Notes under the pieces: model-generated
What the model was told of the DNA's origin: nothing
Database searches by the model: none
Seen by the model: the letters and a program-made list of their open reading frames with translations, nothing else
Assembly: GCF_006345805.1 (NCBI RefSeq)
Contig: NC_043021.1
Span: forward strand, 16,926,001-16,990,000
Direction of reading: 5' to 3'
DNA length: 64,000 bases
Source of the DNA: Octopus sinensis
Lineage: Eukaryota
Position numbers and translations under genes: made by a program
Part shown: piece by piece, positions 26,506 to 39,700 of the stretch
Layout of the letters: every line of letters starts with the position of its first letter
Position numbering within the stretch: the stretch's first letter is position 1

Positions 26506-29500
26506 CGACAGGCTTCTTTCAGTTTCCGTCTACCAAATCCACTCACAAGGCATTGGTCAGCCCGGGACTATAGCAGAAGACACTTGCCCAAGGTGCCACG
26601 CAGTGGGACTGAACCTGGAACCATGTGGTTGGTTAGCAAGCTACTTACCACACAGCCACTCCTGCGCCTATATAGACATATTATACATTTTTGGAATCAG
26701 GATGATCCCAGAGTTGAAAATCTGCCCTTCATTTGGTTCTTGAACATCCAACATTGGGGTCAGGTCTGGATGAGGATCTGTTACATGCTAACAGTTGAAA
26801 AATCAAATTCATGAACTTACAAGTTTTTCATTTAAACTGAATTTAAGGTAAAACCATATTGGTAGGGGACCAATAAGTGCTTTATTGTTATTGCTGACTA
26901 GTTGATGTTGTTAAGCAACAAGACAGGAAAGGGTGATTAGGTGATGGTCTAGGGCTTAGGGGTGGGAGACCCCAGACCTTGGAAAAAAAACAAAAAACTT
27001 TGGTCATCTTGTTTTAGTTGAGGGCTCTTCGTTGATGCCCGACATCAGTAGGAGGTGGCCCTCGAAGCCGCTGGAAATGGAGAACTCCAGGTCCAAATTC
27101 TTGAACGGTGGCAAAGTAGCTGATGCTGATGGTGTGTGGAAGGACCTTTCAAGTGTTTGGCCTAAGGGTGATTAGGCGATGGTCTAGGGCTTAGGGGCAG
27201 GAGACCCCAGACCTTGGAAAAAAAAACCAAAAAACTTTGGTCGTCTTGTTGTAGTCGAGGGCTCTTCGTTGACGCCCGACACCACTGGGAGGTGGCCCTC
27301 GAAGTCGCTGGAAATGGAGATCTCCAGGTCCAAATTCTTGAACGGCTGCTGACTAGTTTGGGGCCACAGGCTCATTTAGCCCTCTGCAGGAGCAAGCTTA
27401 AAAGTTTGCATGAAGTGCAGCTTTTCAGCTAGTAATCAAACAAGATTCTGAAAACGTCCAGCAGACTTGATGCTAGCAAAAGGATGCTGTCTAATAAACA
27501 GCATCATGACAATATTAAAGGTTTTTGTGTTAGGGTCCCATCTAAAGGAACTTGTCTCTTTACAGCCTGTGTGGAGCCAATATTGAAGGCCCTTGTATTC
27601 ACACCATCACACAATGCTACTCAATGGCGTTGTACACTTTGTATCCATACATCATTATGGAACCAATGATGTTTATTGCTAACGAAACAGCTGTTGAGCA
27701 CAAATTATGAAGTATATATGAAATCTATGCTTTACTTCTTTCACTCATTAGACTGTGGCCATGCTGGGACACCACCTTGGAGAATTTCAGTCAAACAAAT
27801 CGACCCAAGTACTTCTACTTATTCTATCAGTATATTTTTGATGAACTGCTAGGTCACAAGGATGTAAACACACCCGCACTGGTTGTCAAGTGGTGGCAGG
27901 TAACAAACAGGCACAAACACAACAGGCTTCTTTCAATTTTTATCTACCAAATCCACTCACAAGGTTTTGGTCAGCCCAATGCTGTAGTAGAAGACAATTG
28001 CCCAAGATGCTACGCAGTGGGATTGAACCTGGAACCATGTGGTTGGGAAGCAAGCTTTTTACCACACAACCATGCCTGCTTCTCTGCTTTTTATTCTAAA
28101 TATGTTGTTTTAAAAAAGCAAGATTTGAGGACCATGTTCCTTGATCATGATGTAACCAATGTCCAACAACATTGGTGGTGGTGGACAGTGGAGGCTGGTA
28201 TGCAGGGGCAACTACTGGTCTTCTATAAACAACTCTGCCCAGATTTGTACCTCAAAGGGAAACTTTCTAGGTGCAGTCTCATGGTCATTCAGGACTGATG
28301 AGGGGTCCTTTTTTTCTTAATGTGTTAATCATATAAAAATTGATGTGTGACAATCTATGAAATTCAGAAGCAGTTTTTCCAGTCCTTTAAGTAACATATT
28401 AGCAAGATCAGTTACGGGGGCTGCTTTGAACGCTTACCATTTCCTATAACCAAAGTCAAATTTTGGCTGGTTTCAATGCCAAAAGGAGAAAACTCAGGAA
28501 AGCCATAGGTAGCCTCTTGACAAATGCACTTGCCAGGGGCAGTAGGGGTGAAGGGTTACAAGCCATTGATCCTTTATGTCTGTAACTTTACTGCCCTATC
28601 GACTTAGTTTTTAAATGTTCAGAATTGGAGTTCAAGACCTTAATATCTTGTGATAGGGATTAATTTGGTCTCACTGGAAATTTTAAAAAATAAATAAATA
28701 AATTCCAGGGGAGATAATTTTGCTAATGCACCAATGTCGAAGTTGTGAATAAAAAAATCTAAAACCAGGTGTTTAGGGCTTTTGTTATGCTGAAAATGGG
28801 TGGTGTACGTATTCTTTACCGACACCAAACTATTTATACATATACACACGGTCACACACAGAGCTTGGTTTAAAGAAATCGAACCCCAAAGACATAAAAA
28901 CAAAACAAATCTACTCTTATTAATGGGCCTCAGCTAAATGATGGGCAAAGCAGTTTGGATGCAGATGACTGGGCATCCAACATGTTTCAGCAACTGTATT
29001 TATTTGGTGGTGGAGGCAAACATACATGTCTACGCATACACAGTACGTTTTGGCTGATATACCCTCCAGCCTTCATCAGGTGTCTTGGGGAAATTTCGAA
29101 CCTGAGTTCTCATTCCTAAGGTATTTTTCGATGTTGTTGTTATTATTATTATTATTATTAAGGTCACTGCCTGGAATCGAACTCAGAATCTTGGGATTAG
29201 TAGCCTGTGCTCTTAACCACTAAGCCATATGCCTGTGGGCAATTATGGAGTGAATTTTAGGGCTTATAAATCTAATATTTTCCTATCCTTCCTTAATGCC
29301 AGTTCCCATATGCTATTCTTATCTGCACTGGGTCTGTTTAGGCAGTTAGACATATGTGCTGCTTCTTTTAGTTTGCATACTTTCCAGTGGTGTTCTCTGT
29401 TTATCATTTTAACTTCATCCCACAGGGGGATGGGGGGGGGTCAAATGTAAATAATGCCCCAATTTACTATTTTGCTGTGTGGACCCCCAGGGGCCATATG

Positions 29501-32500
29501 GACCTCGGTTGAGGCCTACTGATGCGGACCCGACCACATCTGGCCTAAATATTATAACTGTTTTATGTCCAAACTGGCCAAATCCAACCTCTCACACCTA
29601 TCCTACAATGTCATTCTAAAAATAAAACAATCATATCATTGAAATGTAAAGGCTACAAGGTAATGCATGACTAACTCAAATCGATGTGAATAAACAAGCA
29701 TGACAGTCGACAGAATAATCAGAAGGCCAAACGGTCAAACATACGGTCAACCATAAGATTTTTTAACTGTTCGGTTATTTGATCATCAACCTGGGCAAAA
29801 AGTTCATAACGGCCATCATTTAGTGGTCGAGGAGGAACATTAGCAGCTGTGGTGGTGCCGTTCTCTTCGGTTACCTCATTCGTTACCACTTTTGGTTCCT
29901 CTTCTTTGCCCTTTGGGTACAGGAAGTAGCTGAAAGAAAACAAGCTTTATAAATAAACATTTATAATACATGTATGCAAGCACACAGAAAAATATATATA
30001 TATACATACATGTAAATATACACTCTCTGACCAAAGTTTGGTCGGCTGAGTCAAGAAATGGCATTTTGCTTTGGAACTGAGATGCTTTGAAATGTTTAAT
30101 TCTTACATATATTCCCCTGATGAAAACGTTTTTTCTGCATGATGTAATAATTCTATTCATCAATAAAAAACACTTCTGAAACAGCTGTAGTGAACAACAA
30201 CCGATCTGTTGTTATTCGTTAATAAATATACATGTATGTGTGTGTGTTTGGTCATGAGCGTGGAGGCCATTGTGTCATAAGCATTATATAATGCACATGA
30301 CAATATCTTTCTTGTCATCCATATTTTGAAACAATTGTAAACCATAGAATAACTTTAATACCAGCTACTCCAGTCTTCATTTATTATTTATATGTATGTC
30401 ATTGTCCACCTGTTCTAGCATGAGATTTTAAGTGGTTTTTTAAATCAGACATACTTTTAAAAAGATATCCACATAAATTGCTCACAAATTTTGGTGCAAC
30501 TTAAAATGGTGTCTGATCTTGATGAACCTTGAAATGGTTCCTCAGATTCTTCAGATCTCTTTGAGATTGGCAAGGGAAACAGGTAGGTATGTTCTAGCAC
30601 CCATTATGTTCCCTTAAGCACTCCCCACACCTAATCCTCTTAAAACCCATCCGCCCTTATCACTCTTCTAACTATGGCATTACTCTGCTGCTGCAATTAC
30701 TTCAGAGCAGAATTAGCACACATTCACCCCCAACTTGTTTTTACATTACCAGGTGGCCCCTTCTGCCCTCACTGGAACTGCTTGCTATTAAGTCATCCCT
30801 TCCCACACTTTTATTTACTGATCACTGATTTTTAGTTATCTCTGAGCTAGACCGTTCTTGGTAAAATGAGCCAAAGTAATAAAAGACAGAATGATGACAT
30901 CCGAACCAACCTTTGGTTGCTGTGTGCTGCGATGATGGCCAATTTGTTGGCTGGTTTCATCATGAGATGGGAGTTGGCAAAAACCAACATGCTGTCTAAA
31001 TACCGGAATATATTAAACTGTAAAGAAACAAAAACATAATTAATTAATTACGAACAGCATTTGCCAATCCCTGTGACTCAAATTTGTTACTTCATTAATA
31101 ATTATTATCATCATCATCATTTAGCATCTGCTTGCCATGCTGGCAATGGTTGGACAGTTTGGCTGACACTGGTAAGCTGCACCAGATTGCAATCTGATTT
31201 GATATGGTTTCTACTGCTGGATGCCCTTCCTAACGCCAACCACTCCAAGAGTGTAGTGGGTGCTTTTTACGTGTCACCAGCATTTGCCATGACTACCGTT
31301 TCACTTGGTTTGGGGAGTCTTCACAAGCACAGCATATTGCCAAAGGTTTTGGTCATTTACCATTGCCTCCATGAGGCCCAACATTCAAAGGGTGCTCTTA
31401 ACATGCCACTGGCACAGGTACCTGTTATGTGACACCGGCATTGACCACAACTATGGTTTCACATAGCTTCATGAGTCTTCTCAAGCACAGCATATCACCA
31501 AAGGCTTCAGTCACTTCTGATTGCTTCCGTGAGGCCCAATGTTCATAAAAATATTGATTTCAAATTTTGGCACAAGGCCATCAATTTCGGAGGAGTGGGT
31601 AAGTCAATTACGCTGACCCTAGTACACAACTGGTACTTATTTTTATTGCCCCCACCCCCAAGAATGAAGGACAAAATCAAACTTGGTGGAATTCCAGACA
31701 TAAAAGTAATGATTTAAAGAATTTGAGAGAAAGAAGGACCAGCAGGTATTCTGAAATGGAATTGGTAACAAAGTGGCCCAAGAAGTGATGGCTATATGGC
31801 GCAGAACTTGTCAGTAGACCTGATAATAACTCTGTTTGCCAGCAAATGAGGCACCTGTTTTTCACCTGCAAAACGTAAACAATTCAGAAACAATGTCTGG
31901 TCCTGAATGCTTGCAACAGCCTGGGCCCCTGTACTAAAGACCCCCTAAAGGGCCTAAAGATGCATTTACACTGATTGAAGAGATTAGGTCAATTAGCTGA
32001 AATACACTAAGGTATAAGGAAGCCAGTTTTTTTCTCACCTGTGAGTTTTCTTCAAGAAAACACTGACCCCACCATACTGGGTCGGTATCAATAATGACAA
32101 CCAACAAACTGCATTCAATTTCTATAAGAAAAAAAAAATAGAAAGGCCGTTAAAAGAGTGAAATGAGAATGAGAGACGATAAAACAAATTCACATCATAA
32201 GATACTGAAGAGGTATGGAAACATTCATACACACACCCGTACCGGTGGCACGTAAAAAGCACCCACTACTCTCGGAGTGGTTGACGTTAGGAAGGACATC
32301 CAGCTGTAGAAACTCTGCCGGATCAGATTGGAGCCTGGTGCAGCCATCTGGTTCGCCAGCCCTCAGTCAAAATTGTGCAACCCATGCTAGCATGGAAAGC
32401 GGAGGTTAAACGATGATGACATATTGATAGGTAGACTTTATACACACGATTGAAAATTATTGATGACACCTGTCCAAAGTGTCACACCATGAAATGAAAC

Positions 32501-33498
32501 CTGGAAACACGGTTGCGAAGCGAATTTCCTAACCACACGGTCGTACCTCACAAATAATCTATGGATTTATACAATTTTAAAATTCGTTTTGTATTATATT
32601 CTCAATAAGGATACAACTCCACACATTCTTGCACACACTTTTGCTCCTTGCCACTAAAACGAATTCACATTCCTACTTTAAACATAACACAAGTTCACAA
32701 ATTTAAAAGAACACAGACACTGAAATCAATGCAGTATTTGAGTGGTTCTTATTGGTTCCAAAGGGCCAGGACCATATTCCAAACCGAATGCAAATTGTCC
32801 TAGCAAAATTGCTCAAGTCCTCATTGCCAAGTTCTTCTCAGAAGTTTCAAATCTCGAGACAATTCTTTCAACCATATCCTCCAGCAGTAAAAATAAACAT
32901 TGTGCTTAAAGTCAGACTGCACCACTTGTGTCCCACCCCAAGATCTTTCTTAGTTAAGATCCCGTTTATTGTATCTTTTACCCATTCAGAGCGAAAGGTC
33001 GCCAATGGCAGCAATGTACTAGGATAAATTAATTCCCATCAGCTCTATTTATCTCCTTACAAAATCTGGCTCTGTTTCTAAATGGATTGACAAATATTCA
33101 TTAGCGAGTCCGATTATATAAGATGCCATTTTTAATAATTACAGTCCTTGATATTCCGAGTTCAAATCCAACCGGTGTTAACTTTACCTTCTTCCTTCCA
33201 GGGACGATAAAATAAAGTACAGGGACCGCTTTAATATTCGTATAAAGCATCCTAGATCAGAGCGGAATTATAACAGACAAAAAGATAAAAGGCAGAATAA
33301 TTCGTAATCGCTGGAAAGTCAACAAAAGTTGTTCCTCATAAGTCCAACCTCTTTTAATTAACAACGCTAATTACGAAATGTAAAATTTAAACGTTTTAAC
33401 TTTTGTGGGGTTTTTCTATGAATAAAATATCAAATTCTTTTATATCAGTTTTAATAATTACGAGAGGGAAATTAAATAAGCTACTTACCGCTGGGCAT
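14571..33498 (-). CDS. GTF2H3: General transcription factor IIH subunit 3 (TFIIH p34/Tfb4), complete, 12 coding exons, 314 aa
   Basis: Exons (minus strand): 33498-33489, 32121-32039, 31017-30911, 29929-29745, 25830-25768, 24108-24050, 22395-22321, 20930-20877, 19761-19693, 17992-17857, 16373-16337, 14637-14571. Total 945 nt, all GT-AG, phases consistent. The translation includes [60 protein letters not shown] and the C4 zinc finger [37 protein letters not shown]. Confidence 0.96.
17071..17295. mobile_element. Tc1/mariner-type MITE
   Basis: 38-bp TIRs (CAGGG[C/T]TGGCCAAAAGTCACC..ACAGTAAATCAAAAC, 3 mismatches) with TA on both sides. It is nested inside a piggyBac-like MITE. Confidence 0.82.
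18545..19600. repeat. Tandem repeat, ~154-bp unit, ~7 copies
   Basis: The ACCCTTTGACT anchor recurs at 18685, 18834, 18990, 19144, 19298 and 19452. Confidence 0.9.
20322..20727 (+). mobile_element. tRNA-derived SINE family A (central TA/TG microsatellite)
   Basis: A box TGGCTGTGTGG, B box GGTTCAGTCCC and tail ...GACTGAAACAAGTAAAAGAG. Other copies lie at about 10400-10730, 24263-24683(-), 26505-26669(-), 34284-34641, 49313-49684, 50275-50669, 53285-53625 and 54393-54655(-). Confidence 0.85.
24109..25767 (-). other. U12-type (minor spliceosome) GT-AG intron, GTF2H3 intron 5
   Basis: The 5' splice site reads GTATCCTTT. A branch-point-like GACCTTAAT lies about 20 nt before the AG (24128-24136), and the 3' end is purine-rich (GGGAAAAG) with no adjacent polypyrimidine tract. 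Confidence 0.88.
26929..27350. repeat. Tandem duplication, ~234-bp period
   Basis: AAGGGTGATTAGG(T/C)GATGGTCTAGGGCTTAGGGG... occurs at about 26929 and 27163, with about 180 bp of high identity. Confidence 0.85.
29045..29233 (-). mobile_element. Second copy of the tRNA-headed Penelope-tail SINE
   Basis: Reverse complement matches 45460-45635: same tRNA head, (AAT)n linker and CTGATGAAGGCTGGAGGGTATATCAGCC. Confidence 0.7.
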
Positions 33499-33750
33499 TT
33501 TCGCGGAAAATCCCTCCGGACTTTCTGGAGACGACTTCACAACCGAAATGTACACAAAAAGCGGCGTGGGAATGAAACTAGGTGGATACCGATTGTAACA
33601 CCGCCACTGATTGGTTAGTATCGGAATATTTATCCAATAGCAACGAATGTTACGGAATCTTTGGCTATACGTCCTATTAATTAATTTAGTAATGTGCTTC
33701 GCGTGTCTCTCCAACGAAGTCTGTCCTGGAACTTCTTCTCTTGCTGCACA
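33499..33750. promoter_or_regulatory. Bidirectional promoter and 5' UTRs between GTF2H3 and EIF2B1
   Basis: Only 252 bp separate the divergent ATGs. The interval is repeat-free and CpG-richer than its flanks. It has opposed CCAAT boxes (ATTGG 33610-33614, CCAAT 33634-33638) and an E2F-like TTTCGCGG at 33499-33506. Confidence 0.8.
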
Positions 33751-36700
33751 ATGAAGACCAAAGAAGGTAAGATAAACGTATTAATTAAAAGAAATATAAA
33801 TATAGAAAATGTTAATTTTTTTCCAAACAATTAAGCCATCGATCTACTTTCTACTCTGTTGATATATTTTACCTGCTAAAAGGCAATTAAAACTTGTTAA
33901 TAGCTTTCACCCTTAACAGCTTGCATCATCCTTCCTTTCACTTCATTAAACTATGTGTCTGTACTATTTCTTCTTGTTCTCTAGTTCCAGCCGTGACCAT
34001 CCCTTCTACTTCTTTCTCAGGCTGTAGGGAGATGTTTGTAGTGTATCTGAAAGGAATTTGGCACTGCTATTTCCCGTGGGTCTAATTACCACTTAGACTG
34101 TCCCTCGTATTGTGATTTTGTTGCAGTTTCTGCTTGTTTTTTCCTTAGGTTAGGTCACTCATCAAATGGACCTATGATCAGAGACGTTCTAGTCGTTGCC
34201 ACCCTCTCGTTTTTTTTTATCGATACAATTAATTTAATATCAGATTTTGTAATGTATTTAAAAAAAAAAAAAAAAACTGGCAATAGGCGCGGGAGTAGCT
34301 GTGTGGTAAGTAACTTGCTTACCAACCACATGGTTCCAGGTTCAGTCCCACTGCGTGGCACCGAGTGGATTTGGTAGACGGAAACTGAAAGAAGCCCGTT
34401 GTATGTTTTATATATATATATGATATATGTGTGTGTGTGTATTTGTGTTCGTCCTCCCACCATCGTTTGACACCCGATGCTGGTGTGTTTACGTCCCCAT
34501 AACTTAGCGGTTCGGCAAAAGTGACCGATAGTAAAAGTACTAGGCTTCCAAAGAATAAATCCTGGGGTCGATTTGCTCGACTAAAGGCGGTGCTCCAGCA
34601 TGGCCGCAGTCAAATGACTGAAACAAGTGAAAGAATAAAAGAAAAAAAAAACAACAGGCAATAGTATGTGAGTTGAGGGATATTTAGTTGTTATTTCTGA
34701 TAGGTTAACCAATCGCAAGTTTTCCCCTTGACTGGTTCCCATCACGGTTGATCCCTCACGCAGTTCTATCCTAATGCATGGTTACACTGGGCCCTTGCCC
34801 CGGACCCTCCCGGGTTTCAGGTCCCATTTTGATTTCTGTATGCTGTAGCTTCCAGTCGATGTGAGACGGCCTTGTCTACACATGAAGGATGAGAAGGACA
34901 AATGGTTCAGAAGTTCGCTTCGCAATCACCTCATCTTGAATTCGATCTCGCTACGTAGCATCTTCGACATACGTTTTCTAGCATAGCCTCAGATGGACTC
35001 AAGCCTTGTAACGGAAATTGGGTGGACAAAAACTGTATGGATACCCATCGGGTGGAGTGTACTTGTAATTCAGTGTCCAACCTTCTCACACACCCTTACA
35101 TGTGTCACTTACCCATTAATTCAATGAGTCGGGCAATTTGGTTGATCGAATCTTGCTCGTCGAAATCGACGTTGATCCATTCACTTTCCGGTGTTAGTGT
35201 AAATTCTTCACCGAAATGAATTTATAAAGACTTTTGTTGCATGTGATTTGTATTGTATATTTATTACGTCTGAGAATATATACCGTTTTGTGTTCATATC
35301 GATGTTTCGGTTGTTTTATTTTGTAACTGGAAAAACAATAAAACTAAAGATCAGCTAAACTTGAAATATTGTTTTGAAATTATTCTTTTGAACAGGTGAA
35401 CAGGTTTGGTAGATGGAAACTTAAAGAAGCCCATCGTGTGTGTGTGTCGTCTTGACATCAGGTGACTGGTGCCATATAAGCAGTGTCGTTCATTACCTGT
35501 ATTCTACAACGACATGTCTAACGAGGGAGAAATATTACCTTTCTTGGAAACAGACACGGTTTGGCAACCTGAAAGGCATCCAGCCATAGAAAACCTGTCT
35601 TGGTAAACTCCTGTCTGACCCGTTCAAGCATGGAAAAATGGATGTTATGACAATGATGGTGATAATGATGATGATTACTTTTGGGGGCATTTTTGATAAT
35701 AGCTGCAAAATTTGTGGGTTTTTGTGAGATAAAAAAAGAAAAAAATACCATGAATATCATCATGATGAAAGCCATAAAATTTTAGGGGTTTTTTTCCATC
35801 CCCCCAGTGTTTATTTATTTATTTTCTTTTTTTGTTTGTTTGTTTCTGATTCTAATTGTTTCTGTCATTCTCTCCATCAGACATTCTCAAATATTTTGAT
35901 GAAGGAATCCGAAATGAACCGGAAAATTCTACTGCTGTAGCAGCTGTGAAGACTTTACTTGAAATCGTCAAAGGAAGTGATGGTAAATTGCTTTAGCTTT
36001 CTTTCCTTTTCCTAACACAACATTTCGGCTGATATACCCTCCAGCCTTCATCAAGTTGTTTTGTGGAATCAGGTGTCTTGAGGAATGAGACCACCGGTTC
36101 GAAATTTCCCCCACGACACCTGATGAAGGCTGAATAATAATAATCATCATCATCATCATTTAGCGTCCGCCTTCCATGCTAGCATGGGTTGGACGGTTCA
36201 ACTGGGGTCTGTGAAGCCAGAAAGCTGCACCAGGCCCAGTCTGATTTGGCAGTGTTTCTACGGCTGGATGCCCTTCCTAACGCCAACCACTCCGAGAGTG
36301 TAGTGGGTGATTTTATGTGCCAGACGAGGCTGGCGAACGGCCACGCTCAGATGGTGTTTTTTTTTAATAATAATAATAATAACAACAACATCAAAAAATA
36401 CCTTAGGAATGAGAACCCAGGTTTGAAATTTCCCAAGACATCTGATGAAGGTTGGAGGGTATATCAGCTGAAACGTTGTGTTAACACCAAACAAGATGAC
36501 AAATATCTGTCAAATGTCACTTGATCACTTTGACCGACCAGTCCGTCAGGCGTCCATTTGACACCGCTGGTCACAGCACGCTGTCCACTCCTCTCTGGAT
36601 CGCGCCTTTCTCATCCACGTGATCCCAATCGTCCTCTTGAAATCGTCACTCCATCGTCATGGAGGTCTTCCGGGTGGTCTTTTCCGCTCACGCGGGCACC

Positions 36701-39700
36701 ACTCGACGACTGCGTGCGTCCACCGATTATCGGTGAGCCATGCGACGTGTCCAGCCCATCTATACTTGCTGCGAGTATACTCTGCGGTGACATCTCTCAC
36801 GCCGGACTTCTTTCTGATGATGTTGCTATTTATGTGCTCTCTCAACGAGATACCAAACATTGACCTTTCCATGGCTCTTTGAGCCGTTATCAGTCTTTGC
36901 TCTTCTCTCTTTGTCAAATGTAAATAATGTAAACTAATCTCTAATCTTCATTTTTTTAATCTTTTATTTTTAATTTTCTTTCAAGCCACCACATTAACTG
37001 AACTGTTACGAAGTCTAGAAGATGCAGAGAAATACCTCGATGTACGGGATGAGAATGGAATATCAGTGCGTTCTGCTTGTCAGTTATACCTTCGCTTCAT
37101 TACATTTACTTCATTAGAATTCCAGGTAAGTTCATCAAAGATTCCCATACTCTCTCTTTTACTCTTTACTCTTTTACTTGTTTCAGTCACTTGACTGCGG
37201 CCATGCTGGAGCACCGCCTTTAGTCGAGCAAATCGACCCCGGGACTTATTCTTTGTAAGCCCAGTACTTATTCTATTGGTCTCTTTTGCCGAACCACTAA
37301 GTGACAGGGACGTAAACACACCAGCATCGGTTGTCAAGCAATGCTGGGGGGACAAACACAGACACACAAACTTATATATATACATATATACGACAGGCTT
37401 CTTTCAGTTTCCGTCTACCAAATCCACTCACAAGGCATTGGTCGGCCCGGGGCTATAGCAGAAGACACTTGCCCAAGATGCCACGCAGTGGGACTGAACC
37501 CGGAACCATGTGGTTGGTAAACAAGCTACTTACCACACAGCCACTCCTGCGCCCATGTTTCTTTTTTTTTTTTTGTTTTTTTACTTGTCTTTCTCCAAAA
37601 ACTTGTGTGTAAAATTATCGGAAATGACTGGTCCAGTGGAGAACAGGGGCCAGAAATCAATTGTTGGTCTGAATTATATCAGATGGTCTTGGGTCCATAA
37701 AATCGCTGGTTCCAAAAGTGGTGGGGAGGTACCATTTCTGCTGGGGTGGGGGTAAGGGTAAGCAATGGGAAATTTTAAATAGGGATGAGGGATCTGTGCC
37801 TACATAGTTGTACAACTAAGAAGCTTGCTGCCACTTGAGCAAGGGAGGAGGAGTGAAGAGTGAGGGAGAGAGAGTGACAGAGTAATAGGATAGAATAGTG
37901 GGAGAAGAGGAGGTAAAAGAATGAGAGAGAAAAAGAGATGAAAACGAAAGAGTGAAAAGATCGTATAGGCGCAGGATTGGCTGTGTGGTAAGTAGCTTGC
38001 TAACCAACCACATGGTTCTGGGTTCAGTCCCACTGCGTGGCATCTTGGGCAAGTGTCTTCTGCTATAGCCCCGGGCCGACCAATGCCTTGTGAGTGGATT
38101 TGGTAGACGGAAACTAAAAGAAGCCTGTCGTACATATGTATATATATATATGTGTGTGTTTGTGTTTGTCCCCCTAGCATTGCTTGACAACCGATGCTGG
38201 TGTGTTTACGTCCCCATCACTTAGCGGTTCGGCAAAAGAGACCGATAGAATAAGTACTGGGCTTACAAAGAATAAGTCCCGGGGTCGATTTGCTCGACTA
38301 AAGGCGGTGCTCCAGCATGGCCGCAGTCAAATGACTGAAACAAGTAAAAGAGAGTAAAAGAGTGCGCATTAGAATTATCAAGATAAAAGTTACTTGGAAG
38401 AGGACAAGATTCCTGGTGGTTTGCTGTGCTTGAAAAGACACGTCATGCTAAGTAAAAGCGTAGTTGCCCTTGCATAGAGGCTCGTCCCCTGAAACCCTCT
38501 CCAGCTGAGCATCCCTAACCTTGCGGGATCATAGGTGCCGGTGCCACATAGAAAGCACATGTGCCAGTGCCTCGTAAAAGCACCCAGTACACTCTGTAAA
38601 GTGGTTGGTGTTAGGAAGGGCACCAAGCTGTAGAAATCATGCCAAAACAGACATAGAACCTGAACAGCCCTTCAGCTGGTCAGCTCTTCTCAAACCATCC
38701 AACCCATGCCGGACGTTAATTGATGATATATAAATCTCTGTTGATTCACCAGAAGTAATAAATTACAGGACTCAATACAAGTGTAGGATACTCTTTAATA
38801 CATCATAACTGAAAGGCTCCAGTTTGCAGTAGTCTGGGTGAATATTCAGAGGAAAACCAGGCTTGGTTTAGCAGCTGATGATCAGAAATGAGCAATTTGG
38901 ACGACTGGAAATCAGAGGCTTGCAATTATAATTGTGTGTGTGTGTTATCATCAATTAACATCTTCCTTCCATGCTGGCATGGGTTGGACGGTTCAACAGG
39001 AGCCTACACCAGACTTCTGCGACTGTTTTGGCAGGATTTTTACAGCTGGATGCCCTTCCTAACACCAACCACTCAGCAGAGTAGACTGGATGCTTTTTAT
39101 GTGGCTCAGGTGAGTTCAGTTTTGGCAAGGTTTTTACAGTTGAGTGCCCTTCCAGATGCCAACCACTTTACAGTGTGGACTGGATGCTTTTAAGTGGCAC
39201 CAGCACTAGCTGGATCGCCAAAGAACTTTGCAAGACAAAAAGGGGAGGTGGGGGCATTGGAGGAGGTGATCATGTATCAGATGATGAAAGGTTTTAATGT
39301 GACAGAGAGACAGAAACAGGTGTCTTGCTGTAGAAAAGGTATAAGGCGGCGAGCTGGCAGAAACGTTAGCATGCCGGGCGAAATGCTTAGCGGTATTTCG
39401 TCTGCGTTACATTGTGAGTTCAAATTCCGCCGAGGTCGACTTTGCCTTTCATCCTTTCGGGGTCGATAAATTAAGTACCAGTTATGCACTGGGGTCGATG
39501 TAATCGACTTAATACCTATGTCTGTCCTTGTTTGTCCCCTCTGTATTTAGCCCCTTGTGGGTAATAAAGAAATAGGTATACGGTTATCTGGCCAGAGAGA
39601 GAAAGAGTGATCAAGAATGAGAACAAAAACTGGTCCTGCATTTTGTGGTGAAATGTTACCTTGCTTAGAAACAAGCAAAGGTTGGCAACAGGAAAGGCAT

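Noticed and set aside
27660-27700. GAAACAGCTGT motif (also near 30178) resembling a hammerhead 3' half
   Set aside because: No intact CUGANGA box with a pairing helix II or helix I could be built.
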